From a virus, in the IMG/VR virus record IMGVR_UViG_3300042503_002645, positions 32,001 through 96,000 of that record: a stretch of DNA of 64,000 bases. One strand, 5' to 3'. Positions within the stretch are counted from its first letter, which is position 1, and every line of letters starts with the position of its first letter. The notes beneath the pieces were generated by a model. That model did no database searches, was not told the DNA's origin, and saw only the letters and a list, made by a program, of their open reading frames with translations. A program made the position numbers and the translations under genes. This document shows positions 63,875 to 64,000 of the stretch, piece after piece.

Positions 63875-64000
63875 ATGAATTTCGAAATCAGAATCAAAGA
63901 TATCAATGCGTTGTCGCCAACCGAGGTGACCACGATCTACAACCAGCTGTCGCATCCGGCATCTGGTTTGGTCGATTCAATCCGCCCAGAGCTGGAGCGT
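63875..64000 (+). CDS. Hypothetical protein, 3'-truncated by the window
   Basis: GGAGG RBS; MNFEIRIKDINALSP... is open to the window end. Confidence 0.6.
   Translation, partial: MNFEIRIKDINALSPTEVTTIYNQLSHPASGLVDSIRPELER

Noticed and set aside
1-64000. Stop-codon reassignment (alternative genetic code)
   Set aside because: TAA, TAG and TGA all end long intact genes, and coding density is high under the standard code.

Overview
This 64-kb window comes from a large, GC-rich (about 65% by eye) contractile-tailed (myovirus-like) phage, probably a jumbo phage. It is almost entirely + strand. From left to right it holds: the C-terminal part of a phage RNA polymerase beta' subunit; a head module (internal head proteins, prohead protease, scaffold, decoration protein, major capsid); neck, sheath and tube genes; a VgrG/gp5-like spike; a frameshifted tail chaperone and tape measure; baseplate genes with an embedded sigma-70-family factor; a Cys-rich and poly-Ser fibre module with a GT9+GT2 glycosyltransferase; and small non-structural genes (CsrA, a Zn-finger primase-like protein, a pyrimidine-dimer glycosylase, a DEDDh exonuclease). 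Five signals stand out beyond the gene list. (1) The ribosome-binding sites of the capsid, decoration, sheath, fibre and other genes sit in C-ANGGAN-G hexaloop hairpins, the CsrA/Rsm operator architecture, and the phage encodes its own CsrA. (2) An AT-rich palindrome, WWWGATATCWWW, recurs about 15 times in all reading frames, about every 4-5 kb. (3) A K-x-A motif is concentrated in head proteins and is a candidate new prohead-protease cleavage code. (4) Poly-Ser/Cys fibre genes lie next to a double glycosyltransferase. (5) Two divergent gene pairs share one CATG as their start codons. All product names come from motif recognition and synteny by eye; no database search was run. No portal, terminase, tRNA or CRISPR array was recognised.
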